This document shows, piece after piece, positions 12,888 to 26,412 of a DNA stretch of 64,000 nt. Positions within the stretch are counted from its first letter, which is position 1, and each line of letters begins with the position of its first letter. Origin of the DNA: Haliotis rufescens (taxonomy: Eukaryota); contig NW_025964372.1 in assembly GCF_023055435.1 (NCBI RefSeq), positions 35,836,001 to 35,900,000 of the forward strand, given 5' to 3'. The notes under the pieces are model-generated. The model ran no database searches. It was given only the letters and a program-made list of their open reading frames with translations, and was not told the origin of the DNA. The position numbers were made by a program, and so were the translations under genes.

Positions 12888-15800
12888 GTGAGTCATATCA
12901 TCAACATCGTCGCAACTCATCGGAAAATTTGGTACATAACTGAACATCGGATACTCACTAAGCCCCTACTCTTTCTTATTAGTGAATGGAGTCATGGGGT
13001 GAGCCTCATGGTTAAAGTGTTCGCTCATCATGCCGAAGACCCTCGTTCCATTCCCCTCATTGGTACAATGTGTGAATCCCTTTTCTGGTGTCCCTGCCTT
13101 GATATTGCTAGAATATTGCTAAAAGCAGCATAAAACAATACTCACTCACTCATTGTTATTGGTTAAACCCCTATGAACATCCGGATTAGAATTGGTCTTC
13201 AGCAACCCATGTTTGTTGTAAGGTGAATGGATCAGGTGGTCAGGCTCGCTGACTTGGTTGATGCATGTCATCGTATCCCAATTGCATGGATCGATGCTCA
13301 TGATGTCCATCACTGGATTGTATGGTCCAGATTCGAGTATTTATCACTGGAGGATTGATGAGTGAGACATTAACAAACAAATCTCATTGGTTAGATGATT
13401 AGAAAAAGAAAAGTATAGCTGACACTATTTTTTAAATTCTGTTGCAAGCAAACTTACATGTTCACAACAACCAAACTTGTGCTAAGATCTGTTAAACCGA
13501 CCAATGAGAATGTCCATACAGATACTGCTCACATGACAACATATTCATTTAATGTTTTAAAGAACAAAAGGGAATATGGAATGGTACCATGAAGTGTCCT
13601 GTCTTTATTAATTAGGCCTGATACCTGTCTATCTGGTGTCAGTCTTGAAGGTGGTGTTGTCGTGAAGTGTGCTAAGCAAAGGTGACACAGATATGGGACA
13701 TTTTGTTTGTTCAGTGTCTCAATAACTAAAACGTTCACTTAAAGTTTTATTTAATCACAACGTAAAAGAACATGTGTTTTTAGGGGGTTTGAACATATTA
13801 CACCTCTCGGTAATGCATGTGTAAATAAACCAGTCTGTCACAAGTGATGTCGGGTGTAGGAGCAAATAGTTACGAGGAAAATTAATATTTTTATGAGTCT
13901 GGTCGACATGAGTGAAAATATTTAACTTTCATCATTCACAAGATAGACAGAACATCCCCTGGGATTTCTATGACAGCCTCAGATGTTATACAAGAACAAT
14001 ATTACAGTGGAAATAGCTGGTGCATTCTTGATCTATTTTCATCTGCCACATCCTTAGGAGAAGCCTTGGCAAGCAAATCCTTTCAAGCCTAACCGTGAAC
14101 CGATCTATTGATTTACCAACATGGCAGACAGAGTTTTTTAGCATATACTAAATAGACCTGATGTATTTGAACAGGGTACAATGAACAAACCACTCTGTTA
14201 GGACTGACTTGATTTCTATAGTACACGTCTGAACACTCTTCAATGGATCCTGACCTCGAGGTCTGTGTTTGATCTCCAAGTATATATAGATTTTCTTTCT
14301 TCTATGCCGTGTATAAGGTCAATAGTGTAGGTGCAAAACGTGCATGCATTCATAGTCAATATGATGTTTACTTTCAATATTCCGTAATTAATGTTTAAAA
14401 ATAAGTCAGTTTGCAAAGTCTGGGAACGACAGTCTACTTTGTACGGAAATCAGACACCATGGCAGGAATCTGTGCCGACAGCTCTGTTTGTGTGACATGT
14501 GTGCAGAGATAAGATATTATGTATTCATAAAATCCTTTCAGACACACCCTCTTCTTAACAAACTGGTTATTATGAAGATGAATTAAAATTAAATTGGAGC
14601 AGTTCTTTGTGGTGTTGCTATAGTGTAATAGTTGCATGTCTACCAGTGGCCTATAATTCACATAATGTTCAAGCAGTGTGATTCAGTTGATTTTTTCTCA
14701 TGACTTGTTGAAATTGCTTCTGTCCTTAGTGCATTTATAAATCAATAATCATTTGAAAATTTCAACATTTTTAAATCTGTTTTTTTGTTACAAATATTTT
14801 TGAAACAACTATACCATTCATTATCATTCCTAAATTTTAATTACAGTAAACTATGGTTATAATTACTAAAAGGGACCAATAATTTGAGTTTGTTATAACT
14901 GTAGTTCATTTTAAGCATACATACAGCATATGGACGGGACAAAAACCAGTTCGTTATATACATCAGTTTATTATAAGAGTGTTCGTTATAAATGTAGTTT
15001 ATTTTATATTCCTCTGATGGTAGTGCATGGAAACTAGGATCTGACATCAACAAACTTGTTTACGTCTTGTGCTTCATTCACAGTGTGAAGTAATGAGGAT
15101 GATGTCTGACATGATTGTGTGTCTAATGGTTACTAAATACAACTTTAAATTACATTTTCCTGTAGATTGCCTGATTTCCTTTTGGTATACCACTCACAAT
15201 AGTTTGAAATTTACACTCGAGTCTGAGTCCAGATGAATATTTGACACACCTGGGAATACAATAAATCGCTTTCGTTTTTGTCAAGATTATGTGTGTGTTC
15301 ATCAATCCGTCACAAACATGTCGTGTCAAATTCATGAACATCGTGACAAAAGTTTCTTTAACATTTGGCTGCATAGAAATCTGCTTTTTATACTTCATGC
15401 ATGACTTGCTTTCTCCACTATAGATTCTGTATGTCATCTCTGTCAAGCTTCATGTTATAGCTTGGTCCCGATCCACAGAGTGTTTGCACTGTTACAACCT
15501 ATCATAACTGACATGATAGTTCATCACAGGCTTACATATGTTGTAGACCTGTGAATGCTTTGTGGATCTGCCCTGAGCCCTGTTCCACAAAGGGGGTGGT
15601 CGGGTAGCCTAGTGGTTAAAGCGTTCGCTCAACACGCCGAAGACCCGGGTTCGATTCTCCACATGGGTACAATGTGTAAAGCCCATTCCTGGTGTTCTCT
15701 GCCGTGATATTGCTGGAATATTGCTAAAAGCGGCGTTAAATCAAACTCACTCACTCACGGTTCCACTAAGCAATCAGAGTACTACGACTGTCGTAAGTCT

Positions 15801-16144
15801 GTCTAAAGTATGGGAGTTACGATCATCTTAGCGCTCTTATTGCTTTGTGGATCTGGGCTATGGGCCCTATTACACAAAGCAATCAGAGTACTACGACTGT
15901 CGTAAGTCTGTCTAAAGTATGGGAGTTACGATCATCTTAGCACTCTTATTGCTTTGTGGATCTGGGCCATAGGCCCTATTACACAAGGCAATCAGAGCAC
16001 TATGAATGTTGTAAGCCTATGTTACAATATGGGAGTTACGATCATCTCAGCGCTATATCGCTCCGTGGATCGGGGCCCTGGTCTGTATAGAGAGGTCGAC
16101 CTGAATGTTGTGTATGCCCTGACTCTCCTGCTCATGTTGTCCAG

Positions 16145-16222
16145 GCCAAGAGGGACCTCCACTCCAAGGCAAACATAGACAAGAAGAAGACCCCAAAGGA
16201 GGAACTGGACAAGAGAGAACGA
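16145..16222 (+). CDS. TBC1D2B: TBC1D2B-like exon 4 (AKRDLHSKANIDKKKTPKEELDKRER)
   Basis: ttgtccag / gtaaga, 78 nt, phase 0->0, open frame continuing the PH helix. Confidence 0.8.
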
Positions 16223-16339
16223 GTAAGACAATCATGCCACTCAATAAAACACTGCATAACCTTTACGACTCATGGATGAACAGACGGAGAGGCTGGGAGG
16301 AGGGGTGGGGGTGACAGATAAAAGAAAAGTATTTGAAGG

Positions 16340-16832
16340 AATAAAGGTTGAAGTGGTTGTTGGATGGATGGTTGAATGAGTGAATAGATGGATGGGTGAA
16401 TGAATGAATGGATGGATGGGTGAAGTGATGGATGGATGTTGAATGAATGGATGGGTGAAGTGGTTGTTGGATGGATGGTTGAATGAGTGGATAGATGGAT
16501 GGGTGAAGTGATGGATGGATGAATGAAGTAATGGTTGGATGGATTGATTGATGGGTGTTCTGTGTAATTGGGTGCTGGATTTGGTGATGAATGGTTGAAT
16601 GAATGTATGGATGAATAGATGGTTGAATGAAGTGATGGTTTGATGGACAAATGGATGGTTGAATGAATGGATGGTTAATAGATGGTTGAATGAAGTGATG
16701 GTTTGATGGACAAATGGATGGTTGAATGAGTGGATAGATGGATGGTTGAATGAGTGGATAGATGGATGGTTGAATGAAGTAATGGTTGGATGGATGGATT
16801 GATGGGTGTTCTGTGTAATTGGGTGCTGGATT
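16340..16832. repeat. Complex (GGAT/GAAT)n satellite with internal duplication
   Basis: Directly visible; gggtgttctgtgtaattgggtgctggatt occurs twice. Confidence 0.9.
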
Positions 16833-18507
16833 GGGCAACAGAGTTAGAAATAAACAACCAGTTCTGGATTAATGCAGCCCTTTTGAAAAATATACCCTCT
16901 TTTCTGCTTTGCTAACCTTCAACAATAGTCAAATAAAAGCCTCTTTGAAATGTGCGTCGGGCTATTTCAGGTACCTACAGTGTTGTGATTGATGTTGAGC
17001 AGAGTCTATGTCAACACGCTGACTGTGTACACAAAGCTGGTTTTAAATGTATACATGTATGATTATTTAGCAACTATTCGTAAAGTAAATCTGAAGTTGC
17101 ACCTCATCTTTTTTATTGAATACTTGTTGAGTGTATGAGATTTTGTGAAATGTATTATCTTTATCGGGTCGCACTTGCACAAAGTGATCTTTGTGCAACG
17201 ACTATTGTAAGAGTATGTAAGGGTATGGGAGTTATGATTGTCGTAGTACTGAGATCACTTTGTGCACGTGGACCCTGGTGCAATAACAATTGTCTTGAGT
17301 CTCGCACTGGAGGAACTTGTACTCTTTTGTGGAAAGCAGACGACGAAGATGTCTTTATGATGATGGCAGGTGGGGCAGTTGCTAAGGGTTGCGAAGGGTT
17401 GCTAGTGTCATGACAGCACAATTTGTGTTTTTCCTAGAGAAACCAGACAGCATTTATAAGAGAACATATTTGGTACCATGTGAGTATAAGGTGATCTGCA
17501 AGCTCCTCACAGCGATAGCCGTTCGTGGAGCTCTCTATACTATCGCTGCCACCAGTAAAAACTCCCCACTGTGATAGGTGGCCCCAACCATGCTTGGAGT
17601 TGAACTCGCAACCGAATGACCGTTATGTTAACAAACAAGTGACGACTGTTCTCACGCCGAATACACTTACCGCTGATAAATTACTTTCTTTGTTTGTCAA
17701 TTTGAATTTCTATTTCATTAAAAGCATCATCTTTAATTGATATAGTAAGAATGTAAGGGAGAAGTTGGTTGATTTTCCGTTAGTCTGCAATCTCGAACCA
17801 ATCTGATTATTAAAACAACAAAGAAAATTCATCTGGAATATGATAGCATTCCCAAAGACATAAACAAAAGTATAAACGTTACTACATATGGGGTTAGAGG
17901 GCAAATTTCAAGATTCTTGTAATGGCCGTGCCCACACTGGTGGCAGCGATGTTACCGAGAGTGTAACGAAGGTGTCACGCGCTGGGAAGGAGCTTGGTGA
18001 TCTGGTGTGGGATAACAGTACCAGGAGGTACCTCTGTCATCTCCAGGGAAATGTTTCCTTCAACTAGTCAACATTTTATTTGTTTACAGGCCACAGATCA
18101 ATTTCATAAAAGAAATTCCGTAATATTTTTTTAGAGCATTTTATGTGTTGGAACACACCAACTCACTCAAAAAAATAAATCAGTCTTATGTTCATTAAAT
18201 TTTTCTGTTGATGTGATTGTCAAATATCAGATATCCTTTTAATAAAATCTATTTCCCTAATCACCCTTGCTTCAAGTAAGAGATATCTCAAGATCACACA
18301 ACAGTTTGTAACAGTTCTGCTGTTTGAGGCTATGTATTTGACTGGTTAAGATATGGACATTGTGAGTTGGTTGTCTCCTGTAGAGGGATTCCTTACTAAA
18401 CCTTGCCATGTTGCCCTCCTCAAGGTCACACTCAGACATGGGGTGTATAGATCTAACACTTGGCAGGCAGCAGCGGGAGAGTCTCACCATCAGGTTGGGG
18501 AGGAGGT

Positions 18508-19083
18508 AGACTGTCTCCCAGTCCCTGAACCATATTATTTTTCCTTCTGCCCAGCTCTTACTGTAGTTATAGCCCTAAATGAAGCAAGTCTAGATTAGCA
18601 ACAGTCTGTCTCACAGTCCCTGAGCCATGTTATTTTCCCTTCTGACCCGCCCTTACTGTAGTTATAGCCCTAAATGAAGCAAGTCTAGATTAGCCACAGT
18701 CTGTCTCACAGTCCCTGAACCATGCTATTTTCCCTTCTGACCCGCCCTTACTGTAGTTATGGCCCTAAATGAAGCAAGTCTAGATTTGCCACAGTCTGTC
18801 TCACAGTCCCTGAACCATACTATGTTCCCTTCCACCCAGCCCTTACTGCAATGCTATAGCCCTAAATGAAGCAAGTCTAGATTTGCCACAGTCTGTCTCA
18901 CAGTCCCTGAACCATGTTATTTTTCCTTCCACCCAACCCTTACTGTAATGCTATAGCCCTAAAAAGAACCAAGTCTAGACTTTCCACAATCTGTCTCACA
19001 GTCCCAGAACCATTATATATATTTTCCCTTCTGCCCATACCGGTACTTTAGTTCTGAAAGAAGCAAGTCTAGATTTTCCACAG
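18508..19083. repeat. About 92-bp tandem repeat, about 6 copies
   Basis: cagtctgtctcacagtccctgaaccat...gccctaaatgaagcaagtctagatt recurs. Confidence 0.9.
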
Positions 19084-19692
19084 GTTCAGGTCTGAATCTC
19101 TAATCTCACTGGGGCTCCTTTTCAGTTTAAATGTACCTTCTTGTTTCTATCAAAAATATATTTTTTCAGAGACTAAGTGTTAGTCTAGGAAGAAGAAGAA
19201 CTTAACATGAAGATGCTTTTTTGGATAGGTTCTTAAACTGACATTAACCTTATTTTGGAGATATATGTCATGTTAATTTTAGTATACTGTCCTCAAACGG
19301 TATTTTTCTCTATGTATGATTTTGCATGAACAGAATTTTCAGTTTCCTTCAGTTCTGTTACCTATTCAGAATGTATCCTGCTGGCTTTCATATTTCTAAT
19401 GTCTACGTTTAGAAAGTGGTCAACCATTTATTTCTTTGTGCATCCCAGGCTGATATTGACCTATCTTTGACAAAAAGTCTTTTCTTTGGTTTCTAAGCAT
19501 GAATTTTGTTGTGAACTGGAATATCATTTTTCTATCTAATGGACACAAAAATGTTGAACTGTTGATCAGTATATAACACATGTTATTGATGTGACCTTGT
19601 AAATACCAAACCCAGGACACTTGCGGTGATGCTTCAGTGGAATTTCTAAATCTAATTCTTGTATAATTTGTGTCACTCTGTAAAAAGTAGTA

Positions 19693-20037
19693 CCGTATTC
19701 GACGTAATAAGCGCCCAGGGCCCTCTCAAAATTAGAAATAGGGGGCTCTTAATACAATATTATTTTGGTGAAAAACAACAGAGTTGAAAGATAAATTTCG
19801 TGGTTTATGCTGACAGCCTGAAATGTTTATATACGACATGTATATTTTTCCAGAATTTAATTGCCTATAATTAAGGGTGCATATAACACACGAGTGCGTA
19901 TTATACGCGAATAGATAAGTCTTGCGTACATTGATCAATCCGAAGGGGTGCTAATTGGGATTGTTCACTAGTCAATATATTAGCAAATATCGCCGTGGGT
20001 GCTTACTAGAGCGGGGCGCTTATTACGTCGAATACAG
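19693..20037. mobile_element. Tc1/mariner-type MITE; shorter derivative at about 47783-47896, internal fragment at about 195-295
   Basis: TIR CCGTATTCGACGTAATAAGCGCCC, TA on both sides. Confidence 0.85.
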
Positions 20038-20751
20038 TATATCTTCTATTCATTAAAGATTGTCAGTTATTCAAATTTGGTTTGAAAAGAAACTGTTTGT
20101 GTATTGTGTATAATGATGTTCATGTGAGGATAAGATACATGGAAGAACAACTTCTTTATAATAATTAGGAGCGACGGTTCGGTGTAGGTTCTAACACCGT
20201 TATCAAGCAAGTGGTGTTCTTTCTTATATCTTATCCTTACTTAGTACTCCAACTTCTAAATGCGTTTCGAGGAAGTTAGCATGATGTCAACTCTTTTATC
20301 AATTAAAATTTCTCTGTAAATCCAAGTTTCAAATCAGTGAATCAGTCAAAAAGTAGATCTGTCCACTGAATAATTTCCCACTTTACTACTTCCTTGAGGG
20401 CGGTGGGGTAGCCTAGTGGTTGAAGCGTTTGCTCCCCACACTGAAAACCTGGGTTTGATTCCCCACATGGGTACAATGTGTGCAGTCCATTTCTGGGATC
20501 CCTGATGATATAGCTGAAATATTGCTAAAAGCAGCGTAAACCAATACTCATTCACTATGTTGTCCTTATGATGATTCGTTAAGGTGAGAACAAATATGGT
20601 TCCACAATTGATTTATGAAAAGGTGTCTGAAGATTGCTAGCCTTGAAGCAGAAATAATGTACTTTCACTGTTCTGGTGACTGAGAACCATGCTCAGCCTC
20701 CTCTATTCCTATTGTAGATATATCACATGTCATGTTGCTTGTATTACCCAG

Positions 20752-20929
20752 AGTTCCTCCGACATCACGGCCATGAATCCCGAAGGTAGCCGTCACAAAG
20801 CCCTTGGCTACTCCCAGTCCCTTCACATGAACAACGGGCCAGCGTCGACGTTGAACTCCAAATTCCGACACTATCAACTTCAGAAGATCGGAGAATCATT
20901 CGACGTGAACAACATGCCATCTCGCAAAG
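20752..20929 (+). CDS. TBC1D2B: TBC1D2B-like exon 5 (SSSDITAMNPEGSRHK...NNMPSRK, linker)
   Basis: ttacccag / gtacat, GC-richer coding-like island, phase 0->1. Confidence 0.75.
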
Positions 20930-22194
20930 GTACATCAGTCTCTAATGCTTAGCATAGCCTAGTGGTTAAAGTGTTCACTCATTTCGCTGACTGATAGGTT
21001 TGATTCACAACATGGGTGCAATTTGTGGCTAGTTCCTGGTGTCCCTAGCTGGGGTCTTGTGCAGCGGCATTAAACCTTTCTCTCACACACTTGTGTCAGG
21101 CATGCAGTCTGGTTGATGAGATTCTTTGCAGTGTACCCTTCACCTTTAAGCACATGCTCGGAGCTTATTTTTGGGGTGTGGCTGTGTCAGATTCAAACTA
21201 GAATCGCTGGTACTAATTTCAGTCAAGATTTATGTTTCAGTTCCTTGTGGTGCTACGATGAAGATTGAGTATGATGTAATTAATTATGACAGATTACTTG
21301 TGCAGATGTGGTTATTGGCCGGACATTTCTCCATATTGCAAAAAATATTCCTGATTCTGATACAGTGATGAGCTTTTTGTTGAATAATGTTGCCAAGTGA
21401 CGGACATGTGTTCAGTACTCCCAGAAACAAACCAGTTGAGAAAGCTTAATATATGGTTAAAGTTTAAGTCCCTGTTTTGAAAAGTGAAATAAACTAAAGA
21501 TATTTTTGTGTTGCTTTAATGTTTCAGAAAGCTTTGATTCTTCCAGGAATATTACTTCAAGTTGAATGCTATCAATGTAGTTGTATCATAGCTGTGAGAT
21601 GTTCAATAAGATTTGTTATAATAGAACAGAAGGGCCCAGTCTTGCTGCGAGTTAGCTTAAATCTTCTAAAATTATGTCAAATTTTCATAATCTTTTGTGT
21701 ATGTGGATATTAGCAATTGTAAGATACATATCTCCTGTTGTAAGAGGATATTAACACATCGCTAAGATACATAATAAAAGTCAAGTGATGTACAGTTTTG
21801 CAAGAACATTCTCATCAATAAGTTCGATGTCAGTACAGTCATCTGTAATATACAAGGACAATACCCCAGAGTTAGTAGGCAATCTTATTGTGTTGAGGTC
21901 ATTTGGTAAATACATCAGGTTAGTTCTGTTCAAGTCGTGGTCCATGAGCTAAGCGTCGTTGTTCACCGTCAACCATCCATTATTCACCAGTTCAGGGCAT
22001 GTCATGGTCCCACATTGTGAACATCAATGGTTTCACTTCTAGTTTACTGAAGGCATCATCCAACTAATGGCACACTATTTTTCTCCAGAACAATATGAAA
22101 CTGTGAATATATTATGCAAAGGGACATCCTGGTTAAATTTGTCTGTGATTCCTTCTTGGGAAAGGGGGACATAAAAGGGTATGTCCTCATCAAT

Positions 22195-22360
22195 CTTAGT
22201 GAAGATGATCCTCAAGGAGTTGAGAGTGCGAGTATTCTCTTAGTGAAGATACTCCTCAAGGAATTGAGAGTGTGAGTATTCTCTTAGTGAAGATACTCCT
22301 CAAGGAGTTGAGAGTATGAGTATTCTCTTAGTGAAGATACTCCTCAAGGAGTTGAGAGTG
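22195..22360. repeat. 44-bp tandem repeat, about 3.7 copies, ending 30 bp before exon 6
   Basis: cttagtgaagatactcctcaaggagttgagagtgtgagtattct. Confidence 0.9.
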
Positions 22361-22390
22361 TAACATTTTGCCTGTTTTCTCCTCTACAAG

Positions 22391-22441
22391 CCTCTCATGA
22401 GAAGGTGGACCGATCTCGTTCCTTGCCTCCAGTGTTTGAAG
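22391..22441 (+). CDS. TBC1D2B: TBC1D2B-like exon 6 (ASHEKVDRSRSLPPVFE)
   Basis: Pyrimidine tract + aag acceptor, G|GTAACC donor, 51 nt, phase 1->1. Confidence 0.7.
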
Positions 22442-22859
22442 GTAACCAGTGCAGTGATAACGTGAATGTTGTCCTTTACGTTACTGGGAGACTTGGTAGT
22501 AAAGTTGTGGGACAAGTGATGATGGTGGAGGTGCACTTTTCCCCAAAACATTTTGTCCCCATTGCATGAAGATATATCAGAATGAAAGAAACATACTTTG
22601 CTGATTTTAAGTGAGGAATTAAAGTTTTTTTCCAGATTCTTAAAAAGTAGGTTTTCTCACCGCAGAGTGCAATCTGACTACTATTATGTGAAAAATACAT
22701 CATACAGCTTTGAAATTATCTCGACACTATCTTTCAGACATTTATTTATTTGGTACTCCAGAAACTCATGAATCGATGGTCATCAGACAGGAAATACTGG
22801 TTCATGTCGTAGTAGATACTTGACCCGCTACAAATAATACATGGTGGTCACTCTGTCAG

Positions 22860-24583
22860 GGTGTTAACTGATCGCGATGACTTAAGTCAGTGTATGCAAG
22901 GGTGATAGCTGATTGTGATGACCTCAGTTAGTCTATTCAAGGTGATAACTGATCACGATAACCTCAGTCTATGCAAGGGTGTAAACTGATTGTGATGACC
23001 TCAGTCAGTCTTTTTAAGGGTAATAACTAATCGCAATGACCTCAGTCAATCTATTCAAGGTGATATCTCACTCATCGTGATGACCTCACTCAGTGTATGC
23101 AAGGGTGTTAACTGAATGCAATGACTTCAGTCAGTGTATGCAAGGTGATAACTGATTGGAGTGACCTCATTCAGGCTATTCAAGGGTGATAACTGATTAT
23201 GATGACCTCAGTCAGTGTATGCAAGGTGATAACTGATTGCAGTGACCTCAAAACAGTCTATTTTTCAAGGGTGATAACTGATCATGATGACCTCAGTCAG
23301 TGTATGCAAGGTGATAACTGAATGAGTTGACCCCAGTAAGTCTAAGAAGGTTAACTGAACGCAATGACCCCAGTCAGTCTATGCAAGAAGGTCACCTGAG
23401 CGCAATGACCCCAGTCAGTCTATGCAAGGGTGTCCTCTATCATGGTAAGATGATGGCAATGACCCCAGTCAGTCTATGCAAGGGTGTCCTCTATCATGGT
23501 AAGATGATTGCAATGACCCAGTCAGTCTATGCAAGGGTGTCCTCTATCATGGTAAGATGATTGCAATGACCCAGTCAGTCTATGCAAGGGTGTCCTCTAT
23601 CATGGTAAGATGATTGCAATGACCCAGTCAGTCTATGCAAGGGTGTCCTCTATCATGGTAAGATGATTGCAATGACCCAGTCAGTCTATGCAAGGGTGTC
23701 CTCTATCATGGTAAGATGATTGCAATGACCCAGTCAGTCTATGCAAGGGTGTCCTCTATCATGGTAAGATGATTGCAATGACCCAGTCAGTCTATGCAAG
23801 GGTGTCCTCTATCATGGTAAGATGATTGCAATGACCCAGTCAGTCTATGCAAGGGTGTCCTCTATCATGGTAAGATGATTGCAATGACCCAGTCAGTCTA
23901 TGCAAGGGTGTCCTCTATCATGGTAAGATGATGGCAATGACCCAGTCAGTCTATGCAAGGGTGTCCTCTATCATGGTAAGATGATTGCAATGACCCAGTC
24001 AGTCTATGCAAGGGTGTCCTCTATCATGGTAAGCTGATGGCAATGACCCAGTCAGTCTATTCAAGGGTTTCCTCTATCATGGTAGGATGATGGCAATGAC
24101 CCAGTCAGTCTATGCAAGGGTGTCCTCTATCATGGTAAGATGATTGCAATGACCCAGTCAGTCTATGCAAGGGTGTCCTCTATCATGGTAAGCTGATGGC
24201 AATGACCCAGTCAGTCTATTCAAGGGTTTCCTCTATCATGGTAGGATGATGGCAATGACCCAGTCAGTCTATGCAAGGGTGTCCTCTATCATGGTAAGAT
24301 GATTGCAATGACCCAGTCAGTCTATGCAAGGGTGTCCTCTATCATGGTAAGATGATTACAATGACCCAGTCAGTCTATGCAAGGGTGTCCTCTATCATGG
24401 TAAGATGATTGCAATGACCCAGTCAGTCTATGCAAGGGTGTCCTCTATCATGGTAAGATGATGGCAATGACCCAGTCAGTCTATGCAAGGGTGTCCTCTA
24501 TCATGGTAGGATGATGGCAATGACCCAGTCAGTCTATGCAAGGGTGTCCTCTATCATGGTAAGATGATTGCAATGACCCAGTC
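22860..24583. repeat. Minisatellite: diverged about 40-bp units grading into homogeneous 53-bp units (about 22 copies)
   Basis: gacccagtcagtctatgcaagggtgtcctctatcatggtaagatgattgcaat. Confidence 0.95.
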
Positions 24584-25253
24584 AGGAGTAACGTGAAGGC
24601 AGCACCAGCTTCACTGTATATAAGTAGTCATCTAATATTAACTACTGTAGTCGATGCAGTGTGAATATAACCCACTTCTGTGTAAATCTTGTCTGCCTCA
24701 ACACCCTGTATGACTTCAGCTTGTACTATTGGACATAGTTCACACCTCATATCTAACTTGCAGTATTTCCACAATAAAAAAACCATATAAAACCATTTTT
24801 TTACGTACTTATTAACAAACAAGTCACCCGATAAATGACCCAGTTTGTATTTTTTGCACCTTTCTATACGTTTCTGTTTAACATTATAAGGATCTCATAT
24901 TCTAATCACCTAAATTGAAAGATGCCCCTTTGCCTGTTTTATGGAAGTTTTATTGATGATCCAATCAGTTTGAAAGATAATTTTGAATAATCTGAAAAGA
25001 AAGATTTAATAAGGGAGCTCTTTGGCTGTGGATGGTATATCTGACACCATCAGCAACATCACCATCAGCAACAACAGCAGCATCATCAGTGTAGTATTGT
25101 GTGGCGCCGTTGGCAGAGTAGAGCTTCATGTGATATCACTTTGTCTTGCATCACAGCTTCAAGCATTTACAAGAACACTCACGTATATACCTGACTTCTA
25201 CAATACTTTGTCAAAGTTACTGTCATCAACAGTGGCTCCGGCACCATGACATG

Positions 25254-25930
25254 CATCTTCCTGAGACAAGGGCGTTAACTGACTTTAGAAGTCCAGTTGG
25301 CACCCTTGCTAAACTAGAGGCGGTTGGGTAGCCTAATGGTTAAAGCGTTCGCTCGTCACGCCGAAGACCTGGGTTCGATTCCCGACATGGGTAAAATGTG
25401 TGAAGCCCATTTCTGGTGTCCCCCGCCGTGATATTGCTGGAATATTGCTAAAAGGGGCGTAAAACCATACTCACTCACTCACTTGCTAAACTAGGCTGGA
25501 ATTATGGAGTTATCAATCAAAATCCCGTAATCAAATCGACATCCGGTTCATAAACAACATGGCAACTGCCATGCAGAATTTGTACAATTACAGGATATGC
25601 AGAGCACGTGTTGGGTGTCGACAGATATTTTCCAAATTTTTTCATGCTTTTAACCCAGGGGCTCAAATGATTTGATGCTCTTTGCGAGGTTAAACCTGAT
25701 TTATAACAATAAAGAACTTATTATCAACGAAATTGTCTTGTCTAATTGAAGCAAGTGCAAGAGATATGAGAGAAGGAATCTGATTGGTCAGTATAGGGGG
25801 CTCATACAAGGGACGTAACTCATAATAGCCACTGTTGGTGCTACAATCAAGCCCAGAAATTTCAGCCCAGTTCAGCAAGGGTGGAAACTGGACTTTTAAA
25901 GTTGGTTAACTCCCTTGCCTCAAGAAGATG
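25254..25930. mobile_element. Second MULE-like copy, opposite orientation, with a SINE A nested in its left TIR (25318-25481)
   Basis: Same TIRs as 12000-12545. Degenerate 9-bp TSD catgacatg/cataagatg. SINE TSD cttgctaaactag. Confidence 0.85.
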
Positions 25931-26412
25931 CATAAGATGGAATCCTTGTACAGAGGAGCCTGCTGTGTGAATTAACATGTAGTTTTATGGTCAACATAAT
26001 TAACATCAATGTGTGATTTAGTTTCATGTAATTCCAAGGTGATTTTTCTAGATGTGAGAAAGCTTTGTTTATATTTGGCGACTAATTTTTGCAAATCGAA
26101 ATAACCCATAACTCCCATTAACAAAAATAAAATTGTATTTTTGTTTGTAAGTTTCAATAATCATTCAAACATAAAACACAAGCCAGATAACACAATGAGT
26201 AGAATGTAAACAATTATAATTAATGCTGTGTAAGTATTAAAAAATAGCTAATTTATTGGCAATAATTTATCCTTTTTATGAACCTTCCTTGCTTTGGACA
26301 AATAAAAAAGCTGAATCAATCTGCTTTGCATTTCGCAGGCTTGTAATATTTTGTTTTCAGGTGATTTGTGTTTTTTATTTGATGTATATACATGCTTGTC
26401 TCCTTCTCCCAG

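Noticed and set aside
16263-16857. His/Pro/Ser-rich ORFs (also 3020-3319, 40547-40915, 53341-53545)
   Set aside because: Translations of simple-sequence repeats and SINE tails.
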